A stretch of 63,947 bases of DNA, filler included, from Globobulimina sp. (GCA_003354225.1; 23 parts of 23 records of this genome joined end to end with filler, not necessarily neighbours in it); one strand, 5' to 3'. Shown: positions 11,264 to 24,403, counted from the first letter of the whole stretch. The notes: generated from the sequence alone by a model not told the origin. Made by a program: numbers and translations.

Positions 11264-13510
11264 AAATTGAAGCTAAAGAACCAGGCAATGATGAAGATGA
11301 TGACAAGAATAAGGAACTAGAATTTGAGGAGAAAGAAGAAATGTCAATGGAGGAGGAATTATCGAGTTTAGGCAGCAAAATCGGGAGTCTTCCCTCAAAG
11401 AAACAAAAATTGTGTTTTAAAACGATTACAAGCATCAAAGAACAGGCACAGCCCGACGACGAAGACGCGGCCTCTCAGTTTCAAATGATGTTAGGCCCAA
11501 TATCCGAGAAAGAAAGGTTTGCAATATTTGTATTTTGACTTTATATGTTTACTATAATTTAATGTTTACTATATATGAATAATATGCTATGTATACACAC
11601 AGTGATGCATTCGTTAAATGTGTTGTTGGATTTTTGAAGATTTTGGGATATTCAATTTTAATTAATCAAAAAAAATGCAGCAACGCATTTAAAATCTCCA
11701 AAAAATATAATATTCAAACGTCAAAAAATGCATTTAAAATCTCGGGTAAATCCACAAAATCGATATTATCAGAGGTCTCATTAAAATTTCGTCATTTGGT
11801 GGATGCGATGCAAGATCCATCGACTGACATCTATCAGGACTTAAAATTAAAAATCCCAAACAATGCCAAAGTGCATGAACATGAAACTGGTGTTTATGAC
11901 AATAGATTTATAATATTTGAATTGGCTCAAATTTTGATGGAGAGTCAGCAGACATCATTGGTTAATAAAACTGTATTATATCCGCAAAATTTGGAGCGAT
12001 TTATTAATTTTTTAGCACCGGAATGCAGTAAGAATCTATGCAAAGATATTTATTTTGATAAATTAGAACCATTAAAGTTAGCATCCATTGGATTATTTGG
12101 CTCAAGAGAGGAAGTTTTGGATATGTTGGTTAAATATAATACGATATCCAAGTCATTATACGGTGCATTGATTAAAGATGAAACAAACGAACTTATTCAA
12201 TGTGGAATTCACGCAGTTTTACCCATCAATTTGCACCAAAATAAGCAAAACATAAGAAAATGGGATAAAGTGATTTATTTATTTTATTGGTCGTTGAATA
12301 ATTCCTTCGATATGGAAAAGATGAAAGCTGTGAGGAAAATGAGAAAAGATCCGTCATGTTTGCTATCGCGCGTTTTATACGAAATATCATCGACTGTTTG
12401 TATTCAAGTCTCCAGTGCTGAGTTGAATGATTTTGGTGTAATGAAAATAGAATCAATGGGAGACCACCAAGCTTACGAAGATGATGATGATGGAATAGAG
12501 ACAATTACTTTCTGTTTGGAGGAAACAAAGGAAAATCATATAATGTGTCAAGCTGCAGATACAAATATTGTGCCTTTAAAGCAATATTCAAAGAAACATG
12601 GCGTGGATTGTGATGATTTGTTTATATTAAACGGAATTTATTTGAGTGGATATGCTCGGTTATTTACCCAAAAAGCGAGAACTGTGCAAGATACAAAAAC
12701 ATGGACAGTTTCATCGAAAAATACGAACAAATTGTATGAGAAAATTAAATTATTAGATTCAAAATGGAAAATTGAATGGGATAAAAATTTGAGTAATGCT
12801 GAGAATCAAAAACATATTATTGTTGAGGCAATATTGCCAGCAAAATACCAGCAATACAAAAACGACAAAAAAGAATTGAGGACACAAAAAATGAAAGAAT
12901 TAAATGACTCTGTATTGGAAAAAGAGGCAGAAACAATATTAGAGTCTCGGGAAAAATTAATATTAATCGAATATTGCAATTTCTATATCAATCGATGCAA
13001 ATCATCGCATCAGAAATTAATAACAATCATAAATGAATTAGGTGATAGTTTATGGAAAGATTTATATGCAGTGATCGGTTATATCGATATGGAATATAAA
13101 AAAGTAACATTAAAGTGTACACTTGATTATAATGAGAAATATTGGCAAAAGAGGTATATTAATGAATTGTTTAATGGAATGGAGCGGATATTACGTATTC
13201 ACAAACGAGAAATTGAAGAAGTTCACAGAAATTGTGAAAAAATTATCAGTGAAACAAAAGAGGAAAAGAAACCAAAATGTGTTGGAGATAAAATATGGGA
13301 GAATGTGAGATCTAGAGGTGTATTTGTGGAACGCGACGAGGAAGAAATCCGATTGTCCAAAATGACAAAAGTGGAATGGGACTCCCGACTTAAACTCAAA
13401 ATAGATGCGGCTGTAAATAAAGCACAAAGATTGACTCTTAAACAACATAATGTAACCATACAACAGTGGTTGGACAGATTTCAAAGTAAATACAATGAAT
13501 ACAAGCCTAC
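11264..13510 (+). CDS. Large hypothetical protein (spliced, 3' end replaced by foreign DNA)
   Basis: ORFs 11341-11538 and 11589-13601 join through an intron at about 11516-11602; no family recognised. Confidence 0.6.
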
Positions 13511-13834
13511 ATCGCCTAGTGATGGTGAACCGAGCAGAAAACCGAAGGGCTCGCCTGCGATGATTACGACAACTTTACCGGTCAACCCAATACGGGATTG
13601 AACAACTGTACCGACGAATTGTGCTCTGCCGGCCTTTGTGTCCACGACGGGAGCGCCAACGTCGGCGACGTATGCAATAACGACAACGACGGTTGCAGCG
13701 CAGATCTTTGCGTTATCGACGGGACGTGCGCCGTAGGGGCACCGGTGATGTGTTCGGATGGCAATTACTGTACCGGGCCTGATACCTGCAACACCGCGGC
13801 GGACTTTGTCAATTACACTTGCGACTATCCGGTA
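13510..13834 (+). CDS. Cys-rich repeat protein fragment, probably bacterial (myxobacterial/deltaproteobacterial CxDGNxCT type)
   Basis: Sharp GC rise; ACDDYDN ... NNCTDELC ... CNNDNDGCSADLC ... CSDGNYCTGPDTC. Confidence 0.6.
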
Positions 13835-13934
13835 NNNNNNNNNNNNNNNNNNNNNNNNNNNNNNNNNNNNNNNNNNNNTTAATTAATTAANNNNNNNNNN
13901 NNNNNNNNNNNNNNNNNNNNNNNNNNNNNNNNNN

Positions 13935-14205
13935 GGAGCTTCCGAAGAGATGTCTTCAACATCAGAGGAACTGGCCTCACAGGCAGAGCAGCTCCAGGAT
14001 TCTATCTCATACTTTAGAGTTGATTCCGGCGGTAGAGGCAACAACAGACAAAGAAACATAATGTCTCATGGAGCTCATAAGGCAAAGGTTACACATATTG
14101 CTGATGAAGGAGCAAAAAAGCCACAGGCTGTTATAGAAAAAGCTATTGGAACTAAAGCACCCTCCGGAATTTCCATTGAAATGGCAGCTGGTGGTAATGA
14201 TGGAT
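13935..14205 (+). CDS. Bacterial methyl-accepting chemotaxis protein, C-terminal fragment
   Basis: GASEEMSSTSEELASQAEQLQDSISYFRVD is the MCP methylation helix and tail. Confidence 0.85.
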
Positions 14206-14228
14206 CAGTTAATTCAGTTTGCTTCTTA

Positions 14229-15185
14229 TTATATATTTGGCAACGTTAACATTTGCTGCAAATACAAATCACAAACTGCTGATCCAACATGTTCAACACC
14301 ACTTGTTTTTGATATGAATACATTTGCGACGTTTTTAATTTTATTCAATTTATTTTCATCATCCACCATCATTGACATTAAACATAATTTCCATAAATGA
14401 TCCAACTCCTTTTCAGCATTCTGTTTCTCCATAATCTCATTCAATTTATTCATTATAATTATACCCTCATTACCCTCATTACCCTCTGCCTCTGCCTCTG
14501 ATCTATTTATATTTATATTTTCATCAGTTTGGGCAACAAACGCATTATTCATATTATTATCAACCAATTCGCATATTTGTGGTATGTACATATTCATATG
14601 ATACGAGCATGTCAATGGTTCAGTAATATCAAATAAATGTTCTTCAATACTTTCACTCTCCGCACATGTAATATGAACATGCGATGATCTGCCAACACCA
14701 TTACCACATATTTGGCCATCAGTATATAGTAAACATAGTTCATTTTGTGTGGTAGGATCACAATAGTCCCATTTATCAAATATGCCAAGGTTCCAATAAA
14801 ACACATTGTCAGTCACAGTTTGTTCCACTTTTTCAAATAAAAATACTTTGTATGTATATTTTGCCTGCGTACTTTCAATTATTTCACCTTTTCGTGATGT
14901 GAGGTATTCAATCACCTCTGGAATCACAATTGCATTGTTTTCTGTTTCAGAATGGGGTGCTCGATAAGGGCCGGAATATGCATTATTATTATTGTTGTTA
15001 TTGTCATTGTTGTCATTGTTGTTGTCATTGTTGTTATTGTTGTTATTGTTGTTGTCATTGTTGTTATTATTATTTGATTTATATGATGTTTGTTCGTTGA
15101 TTTTAATTTGTCCCCATTCTCCACGAGTACTATTATTCAATGTGAATAGATAAAAAAACAGCCACACCAATGCGACCATGTTCAA
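14229..15185 (-). CDS. Secreted MRH-domain protein (glucosidase II beta/OS-9/GNPTG-like)
   Basis: Signal peptide, poly-Asn, YTYKVFLFEKVEQ ... YTDGQICGNGVGRSSHVHITC ... ITEPLTCSYHM. Confidence 0.8.
   Translation of the reverse strand: MNMVALVWLFFYLFTLNNSTRGEWGQIKINEQTSYKSNNNNNNDNNNNNNNNNDNNNDNNDNNNNNNNAYSGPYRAPHSETENNAIVIPEVIEYLTSRKGEIIESTQAKYTYKVFLFEKVEQTVTDNVFYWNLGIFDKWDYCDPTTQNELCLLYTDGQICGNGVGRSSHVHITCAESESIEEHLFDITEPLTCSYHMNMYIPQICELVDNNMNNAFVAQTDENININRSEAEAEGNEGNEGIIIMNKLNEIMEKQNAEKELDHLWKLCLMSMMVDDENKLNKIKNVANVFISKTSGVEHVGSAVCDLYLQQMLTLPNI
14982..15075 (-). repeat. Coding trinucleotide repeat (AAC/AAT/GAC) encoding poly-Asn/Asp
   Basis: TTG/TTA/TCA run on the + strand. Confidence 0.9.
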
Positions 15186-15389
15186 CGGTTTTCTGAAAGC
15201 TAAAGTGGGGTAGGAACGGAAGTAGAGTTATAAACATGTTCCTTGTCAAGGAAACCCTGCTCACAGCTAAACATTCAGATCCTACACTTGATAAAACACA
15301 CAAATTCAATACAGTTTTGTTTTACACATTTTATATAATATACACTGTTTATAACTATACCTATGTAACATGTACAGGCAACATCATCA

Positions 15390-15893
15390 ATGAAAATGGA
15401 ACGCAAACCCGAATATGATCAAGATAATGATATAAAAGAATTACAAGAAACACATTTTGCAAAACATAACAAAATGAATACATTTGAACAGGCTAAATTT
15501 GATGCCATTGCCCGATTAGCTTCATCAGACAATAAATATGCATCTGCTGCGAAACAAAGACAAAAACAAGCAATTCCAGTAAAAACAAATGAAAACCAAA
15601 GAGATCCTTTTCAGAAATCTACATCTGACATAGAGACAGAAATAAGAAATGAGATAAAAAAAGAATTCGAAGATAAATTGGAGAGAATGTCGCAAAGATA
15701 TAAAGAGGAGAGACAACTAAGAATCAAAAAAGAGGAAAAGGCGCTTAAAATGTTGGAAGATACTAAAAGTGAATTAAATCAGTTGCGAGAAACAGTTAAA
15801 GAGTTAGAACAAAATAAATTGAAATTGATCCTAGCTACTTCCAAACAGATTGACGCATTACGCACTGCATTACGAACAAAAGTGGTTCACTAA
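15390..15893 (+). CDS. Coiled-coil hypothetical protein
   Basis: 167-aa charged heptad ORF. Confidence 0.6.
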   Translation: MKMERKPEYDQDNDIKELQETHFAKHNKMNTFEQAKFDAIARLASSDNKYASAAKQRQKQAIPVKTNENQRDPFQKSTSDIETEIRNEIKKEFEDKLERMSQRYKEERQLRIKKEEKALKMLEDTKSELNQLRETVKELEQNKLKLILATSKQIDALRTALRTKVVH

Positions 15894-16058
15894 CAATGCT
15901 GATTATTATTATTATTTAATTAATTATTATTATTACTAGCTGCTGTTCTTCCTCGTTTTCATAACATCGAATTTAGCACAAAGTAGTGGCACTCATTGAC
16001 TTGAAGGTCACATTACTATGCAGATAAACTTTTAAATTACAAACACAACTTATTTTTG

Positions 16059-16620
16059 TTACATTTTAATATCATAATCCTCATTGTCATTGTCACGCAT
16101 TTGTTTAGGTGATGGTGTTTTTATTATTTTTAAATCATCCTCTTGCGAATGCAATCGTTCCTCGCTATTAATCATATCATCATCCTTAAATTTAGCAAAT
16201 GGCGATTCATATAAATCCATAATTAAACAGCAAATAGTTTGCAAAATATCATCATTAATATCAAATCTCTTCCACCAATTCGTTTCCTTAAGCTTTGTCC
16301 CATCATATCCGTATCCATTAATATGGCCATGCTGAGGCATATGGTATATGGGTGAGGTAGCAACAGCGATTGGTGACGTATTGATATTATTATTATTGTT
16401 ATTTGCAGCATCTTCGTTGTCCATTATTTTAGTATGCGACAAGAATTCCGCAGCAATGTAAATGGCGGAGGCAGATATCTGATGTGGTTTATATGATAAC
16501 ATAATATTTCTGTTATACATACAATCATTGCAGCCCGACCAGGCTAACTTAGCAATATTTATCGAGGTTTTTAATTCATTGCATTGATGCAATACGAATT
16601 GGTGTGGATGGACGGCATTG
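16059..16620 (-). CDS. Transcription-type cyclin (K/T/L-like), C-terminal part
   Basis: VHPHQFV ... AKLAWSGCNDCMY ... SYKPHQISASAIYIA ... NWWKRFDI. Confidence 0.75.
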
Positions 16621-17053
16621 NNNNNNNNNNNNNNNNNNNNNNNNNNNNNNNNNNNNNNNNNNNNTTAATTAATTAANNNNNNNNNNNNNNNNNNNNNNNN
16701 NNNNNNNNNNNNNNNNNNNNACTGTGAGTGAATAGCATATCACCATTATATATTATCTCTTTTTGTGCCACGGATTGCTTGATCCGGTGGACTATCTGTT
16801 TCTACTGGAGGTGTTAACGGTGCTTGCGTACCTAATCAAGCTAGAGCAAAATCAAGGTTAAATTGAAAAACTCTAGGTTGAGACCTAGGTCTCAATTCCA
16901 ATTACGTAAAACTAGAACTCACTCCAAATCAATAATGATGAAAATAAACAAATCAAAGTTTTTATTATCAACAAGGAATGATTTTACCGGCAAAGCAATT
17001 AACAGTTCACTATACTTTTTATATATCCAAATTCGATCGCTTTTTCGCATTTT

Positions 17054-19145
17054 ATGTTAAATATCAATATTTATATAGATGTAGACAGTTTATCCATCAA
17101 AGAGCTTTTAAATGGAAAATCATCATATATGCATTGGGAAAATAGTTATTTACAGAGAAGATTTGATGGAAATGATTTGTTTGATTCACAAGAACGATTC
17201 GAAAAATTTTGTAAAATACACAATGGCGATAAACCATTATTGATATTAGATGTTGATAATACGATGTTATATGTTCGTTTTTTCAGTGATGAAATGAGTA
17301 TAAATGACATTGTGACATATTTTGGCGATTCACATTTTAAAAACAATGCGACTGTCTTAAAATTACTAAAAACACTGCATTTGGAGATTATTGACGGTCA
17401 ATTAATTGATAAATTAGGCACAGAACACACTCAGATTTCACTATGGATTGAGGATAATGACACTTTGCAAGTTATTATTTTATACACCTTTTACAAATAA
17501 TTAACAAATATAAATACAAATAAAGAAATATAAAAAAGGAGCAACCTACGCTTATAATTCTATCCAATGTAAAATATTGAAAACAGAAGTTATTGGATGT
17601 ATTATTGCGGTGAAAAAGACTGAGCTTAATTTTGTGGAAGAATATGAAGATAATTCTGAATTGCAAACACAATCTATCACACAAATTGAAATTAGCTTTG
17701 TTGACGAAAATGAGCATTTAAGTAAGTTGGAGCCAGCATTGAACAGACCAGGAATGTTACCGATTGACTTTATTTACGAAGGGTTTTTGGTTCGTTTGCG
17801 ACCGAATTTAGACGAATTTCTTGAATATGCGTCAGAAGATTTTGATGTTGTAATATTTACTGCAGCAACAAAAGATGTTTATAATGGAATGTTATCTGTG
17901 TTGCATGAATATGTTAAAGATCAATTGGGCAGAGATGATGAGCATGATTTGCAATTATGGACAGATATGTTATTCCGTGAGGACTGTACATTAAAAAATG
18001 AGAAAACAAGAAAACCATATCATCATAAAGGTATATATTCACTTATTTGACCATATTCGTTTTAATATATATTAGTATATATATAAAAATAAAAACAGAT
18101 TTAACATTGTTTGGATGCCACTTATCCCGCACTGTAATGGTTGATAATTCACCCGTTGTGGTCTCCGGACAGGAACCAAATGTCATTTTAATACAGGATT
18201 TCTTTGGCAAAGATGAAGCAGACGATGAAGTTAAGATATTTTCATTGGATTTTAGGACATATATACATGTGTTATATTGCTCAGTTGATGGAGGTTTATA
18301 GATTATTGGATGCCATCACAGAGATTAAAGGTGATATTCGTTATTTTTTATGTGATATTGATCCGGATGCACCAGTTGCAAATATGTCAAATAATGAGGA
18401 TAAAAAACTAGATTTTTCCACTCAACGATCATGTCAACAAATTACAATTGAGTTTATTGATACATTGAAGAAAGAATTTAAACATAACAATGATCAGCGG
18501 ATATCTGTTTCATATCGATATAGTTTATCACAAAAAATAGCAACCCTTCCAATGCAATTAATTGCGGCCAATTCAACACCAATATATTCGCAATGGGCGG
18601 AGAAATGTGAGAAACGACAGGAAAAATTACGCGCAAAGTTCAAGAAAAAACATAAATCGTTGCTGATGGATGCTGGATTTGGCGAATTCGAAGTTAAAAG
18701 ACATGGAAGATATTCTTCGATGAGACCTAAAATAGAAGACTGCAAAAACTTTGATATTGAAGCAGTCGAAGAGGATATGGAACATCAAGAAATAAATGAG
18801 ATTGATAGTAAATTGGATTTATATGATGATATTACTGATGATGAGGACGGAGATGATGAATATATGTTAATTGATCCATTATTAATTAAAAAAACAAAAA
18901 TTAAAAATATACAAGTTAAATTTACAAAGATGACAGAAATCATGGAAATTAATGAAATAAGTCCCGAATCTCCGATAAGATCCGATACAAAACCATTAAT
19001 AATTGAACTTGCGATGGTTGAGGAACCACTGCTAAATGATAACACAAAAAAGGAGAACAATGAGTATAGAAAGCAAAGAAGACAAGAAATGGCTGAACCA
19101 CGGGCTGAACCATTTTGTAGTTTGTTTTGGTTTTGCAATTTATAA
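17054..19145 (+). CDS. FCP1/SCP (NIF) family HAD phosphatase, at least 4 exons
   Basis: LILDVDNTML (DxDxT), VRLRPNLDEFL, VIFTAATKDVY, LFREDC, KDL ... RTVMVDNSP; introns near 17471, 18031 and 18230. Confidence 0.88.
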
Positions 19146-19874
19146 TCCTTTTTTTGCATTTGTACACAACTTATCTCACTTGACTTATCTCACAACTTAT
19201 CTCAACTTTCAATACTAGGATTCGAATACTAGGTCAACTTCGAATACTAGTTGAAAACCACTCTAGCTAACCCAAACACCTTGCCAATCACAAAGAAGTG
19301 TTTAGAAGTTTAAGCCTAAAAAGTCAACTGTGTAGTCTACAAAAAGCGAATGCGCAGAAAGGAAACGTTTGTAATCGCATTTATTAGTATGTTGTGTACA
19401 CAGTANNNNNNNNNNNNNNNNNNNNNNNNNNNNNNNNNNNNNNNNNNNNTTAATTAATTAANNNNNNNNNNNNNNNNNNNNNNNNNNNNNNNNNNNNNNN
19501 NNNNNCTGAATAAGGTGAATGAGTGTCCAGAGTACAATGCCAGAATTATACAAAAGATCTTTACAATGGGGTACTCTTTGGCCAAAAATATTAACGGTAC
19601 TTGGCTAAGCCAGTCATTGAAGGAAGGAATGTCATTGTTTCATCTACAACTTCACTATGAAATAATTATATCCAGTGCTTGGTTTGTCTATGTTTAAAAT
19701 TGACTTGTATTAGGGCTAACTGTAAACCAAATATGTTGGCCTTGTACTTTGAATACCGGTAAATGGATCAATGTCCCCTGCATGACCTATTCCCCCCAAG
19801 TATTGCCCCCCACTCCCACCCTGAGAACCATGTCATAGTCCTTTCACACTCGGCTACAACGCTTCTTTATAGAT

Positions 19875-20462
19875 GCAGATGTTGCACTGCATGGCTTCGA
19901 TTTATTTTTAACGGATATCGGGGACAAATATTTCGTACAAATCAACTCTTCCAATGCTTTCAATCTGTTAAAAAATGTTCAAACCAACGATGTAACAAAA
20001 GAAGACGAAGAAAAATACATCAAGGAAAAAAATAGAATTGCCACCTTATATAAAACAAAAGTAGATGTAACCGGCTTACCAAGTTTGATGGATATTGAAT
20101 TCGAATCCGATGTATGGAAAAAATGGGGCGATAAATGCTTGAGCTGCGGTAGCTGTGCAATGGTCTGTCCGACTTGTTATTGTTATGCAGTTGACGAAAA
20201 AATCGATGTCTCTTTAAAACATGCCTCAAAACAAAGAACGCTTTATTCGTGTAACTTGGTAGATTTCGCCGAGGTAGCCGGAGGACACAATTTCAGACCA
20301 AAATCGGAAAGCAGACTAAAATATCGTTTTTACCATCAACACAGAGGATTCGTAGAAAGCTATGATGAGCCTAAATGCGTAGGATGCAACAGATGTGGAC
20401 GGGCGTGCCCGGCCGGCATTAATCCGGTGGATGTAATCAACGATTTAATAATGAATCAGTGA
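19875..20462 (+). CDS. Bacterial 4Fe-4S sulfhydrogenase beta / AsrA-like subunit, C-terminal fragment
   Basis: [16 protein letters not shown] ... [17 protein letters not shown] ... VAGGHNFR ... [16 protein letters not shown]. Confidence 0.88.
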   Translation, partial: ADVALHGFDLFLTDIGDKYFVQINSSNAFNLLKNVQTNDVTKEDEEKYIKEKNRIATLYKTKVDVTGLPSLMDIEFESDVWKKWGDKCLSCGSCAMVCPTCYCYAVDEKIDVSLKHASKQRTLYSCNLVDFAEVAGGHNFRPKSESRLKYRFYHQHRGFVESYDEPKCVGCNRCGRACPAGINPVDVINDLIMNQ

Positions 20463-22077
20463 ATAAATTTAATCAAATGACGCTGTCTAATTATAATTCT
20501 TTTAGTTTTGGTTATTGTTTTTATTATTGGCACAGTTTCAAATATAATGAATGCGTCGATAGCAACAACCCAGGCTACAGATTTTGTGATTTTTACGTTG
20601 GTAAAAAATATAACTCATTGAAAGAAGAATTAATTCATCAAAATATTAATCCTCAACAGTGGGCAAATGAACATCGTAAAGCTGCCACTCTGAAACAAAC
20701 GAATCATTGTAAAACAATGAAAGCTAATTTAAAAAAAGGAGAAGATATATTTGTTTATGGTATTGAAAAAGGAGCAGTAATCACTACAAATCATCTCATT
20801 TCCATCATATTCTACTGCGCGGCTATAATAATTTACAATATACCTTATGTGAAACATTCAGACGATTAGACGTAGAACAATATGATACATCTACCCATGA
20901 AGGAAAAGGGTTTCTTGCCTCGTTAAGAGAGCAAGTACAAGAAAACAAGGAAAGCTACACTTCGCTCAAAAAGAGAAACAGCAGTTTTCATCATTTGAGC
21001 AAGTATCTATTTGAAGCAGTCAATATTTTCTCCAAACCAGCGCATGAACAGGACATTGGAACATTTTATCATGGCGTAACACAAGAATTTGTGTTCAATG
21101 ATATGAATTGTACCATGAACCAACCATTTTCAACCACCAGTTCTTGGGCTGTGGCAGTGAATTTTGCGCAGAAAACAGGACTGGTTTTAGAACTTCGAAG
21201 TGGAGCTTTTTCGCGTTATTTTGATTGTTGCTGGATCTCAGATTTTCCAAATGAACGAGAATTATTATTTATGGGCACCAGAGAAGCGTTGACATTCATG
21301 AACATTACAAATGTATCAAAAGGAGAGAATTATAGATTATTTGTAACAGCAATATCAATTATTGCGAGTGTTGCCGATGGCTCAGGTTTTGTTTGTGATA
21401 ATGCAATTATACAACAGTTAAATGCATCTTATAATAAATTGGAAGCAGCAACGGTTGGGATGTCAGGTAAAATCGATTCGAAATTATCGTCAAAATGTAG
21501 GTTGTACCCTAACTTTTACGGAGCAAAGCCAATCGGAGCAGGAGAAAAATGGTGGACAATTAAACTAATTGAACATGAATTAAGTAGATATTATCCACAG
21601 AAGTATGAGAAATGTGCTGCTCTGAATTGGTATATTGATCAATTATTACATAATGTTTGCATAAAGAAACTTAATATTTGTTTCGATAAACAATTGATGG
21701 ATGTCGAGATGACCAAATATTTCTATCAAGGCGGGTATGGGGGATATGTATTTTTGAAACATTTATTTTGCGAAAAGGAGTATGAAATGATCAAATTAGA
21801 GTTTATATATTCATTATTTCCAAATATAAAAATGATTGGACTCAAGGGAATGTCATATATATCGCCGTTGTGTTTGGATGATGCCTTTGAATATTTGCAA
21901 AATAATATGAATACCAGTATTCGGTATATTTTTTTTACGTTAAATAAAAAGTCAAAAAATGTTGGTTCGCTTGAAACATTGGCAAATGCAGATGAATATC
22001 AACAAAAGTTTGCAACAATAGGATGCAGTGTTGAATGTACAAAAGAAACCATAGGGATAAAAAACATGAGATATTAA
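20459..22077 (+). CDS. ART-fold family protein, C-terminal part; 2-nt frameshift at 20819-20820
   Basis: FYHG ... [15 protein letters not shown] ... GLVLEL ... [13 protein letters not shown]; removing an extra GC restores [20 protein letters not shown], matching paralogue IILYTDWTELCTAFSKTFRK. Confidence 0.7.
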
Positions 22078-22290
22078 TACCTTCAACCTTTACAAGCGAT
22101 ATAATTAATCAAATACTGAGGATGATGCTCCACCTTAAATGAGGATTTTCCACACAACCTTCAGTAAGCAGGCCCGATAATGTCCATCGANNNNNNNNNN
22201 NNNNNNNNNNNNNNNNNNNNNNNNNNNNNNNNNNTTAATTAATTAANNNNNNNNNNNNNNNNNNNNNNNNNNNNNNNNNNNNNNNNNNNN

Positions 22291-22533
22291 TTTTTTCGCA
22301 TCGGCTTTGTTATCGTCATTATCGCCTTTGTTTTGTGCAAAATGAACACATGTTTTAATAGATGCTACAATTATACAAACAATGGCGGCTGTCAATGCGG
22401 TAAGACCCATTGCTTCGTCTTCTGTATCCACCCCAAATGCTGCTGATAAGGCGATTGCTGAAATAGCACTGAGTACTCCTTGTGCAATTTGGCCAACTAC
22501 TCGACAGCTGTGATCTTCGAATTCGTCAGACAT
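22291..22533 (-). CDS. Small protein with two hydrophobic segments (3' truncated)
   Basis: MSDEFEDHSCRVVGQIAQGVLSAISAIAL ... Confidence 0.4.
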
Positions 22534-22604
22534 TTTGAGTTTTTTTTTCTTCAGAAATGTCTGAAGATGTTTCTCTGACTCTGAGCAAAAACGTACTTTA
22601 TAGA

Positions 22605-23850
22605 ATGTCTGAAGATGGCGAAACAATAGTCATTGATAATGGCTCCGGAATGATTAAAGCAGGATTTGCGGGCGAAGCTGCTCCAATGGCAGTATTTCCT
22701 TCTGTTGCAGGTAGATGACGATGACAGGGGGTCATGGTTGGTATGTCATCAATAATTATAATCGTAATATACAAACTGTATAATATATTATTTAACAGGA
22801 CTGGGTCAAAAAGATTGTTACGTTGGAGATGAGGCAATTGCAAAAAGAGGCATATTAAGTTTAAGATATCCCATAGAACGTGGCATTGTTACTAATTGGG
22901 ATGACATGGAAAAGATATGGTACTGTACATATATTATATTATTCATATATTACACAATTATTTATACATTAAATAGGCTGCATACCTTTGAGAATGAGCT
23001 TAGAGTTAAAGCCGAAGAACACAGTGTGTTGCTAAGCGAAGTACCATTCAATCCGCCAGCACACAGAGAGAAAATGACGCAAATTTTATTTGAAAGTATG
23101 AATGTTCCGGCAATGTATGTTGCGGTTCAATCTGTGTTATCATTGTATGCCAGCGGCAAAATAACAGGAATTGTGTTGGAGAGTGGTGATGGCGTCACAC
23201 ATTCAGTTCCAATCTATGAAGGACATGCTTTAACTCATTCTGTATTAAGATTGAATATCGGAGGCAGAGATTTAACACATTATTTAATGAAAATATTGAG
23301 AAAAAGAGGCCATTCATTCACTACATCTGCTGAAAAAGAAATAGTTCGTGATATCAAAGAAAAATTGGCCTACGTTGCAAAAGATTTTTATGTTGAAATG
23401 GAAGAAGCTAAAATAAGCGCCGATATTGAACAAAAATATCAATTGCCAGACGGCGAATGGATAACAATCGGAAATGAAAGATTTCGATGCAGCGAAGGCT
23501 TGTTTAAGCCAGATATGATTGATCCGGATATGGGCTGTGAAGGTATTGACAAATTAATAAATCAATCTATAATGAAATGTGATGTCGACATTCGGGGTGA
23601 ATTATATTCAAATGTTGTACTAAGTGGTGGTGGTACAATGTTTAATAATTTTGATGTCAGATTGAAGCAAGAAATAACTGCGTTAGCTCAAGATGTTGGA
23701 GTTCAAATTATTGCACCTCCAGAAAGAAAATATAGTGTATTTATTGGTGGCAGTTTATTGTCCTCAATCTCTATATTTAATGAAATGTCGATTGGTAAGG
23801 ACGAATATGATGACTATGGGCCTAACTTAGTGCATATAAAATGTTTTTAA
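22605..23850 (+). pseudogene. ACT: Divergent actin with two in-frame TGA in exon 1 (pseudogene or alternatively spliced)
   Basis: [55 protein letters not shown]; introns 22741-22798 and 22920-22976; TGA at 22716 and 22722. Confidence 0.75.
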
Positions 23851-24403
23851 ATATATGGTAATGGAATGGTATGAATGCCACTCAAATGGTTTTATTCATA
23901 TGCTGTTGGAATGTGATAATACTTTATAAAATCAACGTTTTTGGGAATGTTTGTTTTTGTAATTTATGGATGAAATAATATCAAACAGAATAAGAATAAA
24001 ATAATTGAAGCATTTATATTCCGTACCTTACTTTTAATATAATCTCGTGATTCAGTGATTGGCAAATTGTATTTCTCTAAACGGTGAGTACCGATACATA
24101 ACCAGCCCGCAGGTCCGATGCGTGTTTTTTTTGGTGTTCGCATTTCGCAGTTGTTAAATTATCAAAACTTAAGAACAATCAATTAAAGCCACTGGCAAAT
24201 CAATGTCAACAATAAAAGAGCAGAAACGTGAAATAAGTCAGCTATGGGGTATGCCATTTACAACAATCAACATACAAACAAAACAAAATTATTTATACAG
24301 ATATATCCATTCCAGACATCAATGAAAAATTAGTCTCATTACGTGGATTAATCACTGACAATATCTTCAAAATTGTGATTTAGATATTTCAAAATGTGTA
24401 AAT

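Noticed and set aside
13510-14205. Cys-rich fragment and MCP as neighbouring genes of one bacterium
   Set aside because: They lie on different contigs separated by a spacer and differ in GC content
20816-20823. Programmed frameshift in the ART-family gene
   Set aside because: A GC dinucleotide duplication with no slippery site; error or decay is simpler
23851-23920. SECIS element after the TGA-containing actin
   Set aside because: The ATGAAT...ATTCAT hairpin is Watson-Crick paired and lacks the 3' GA of the SECIS quartet
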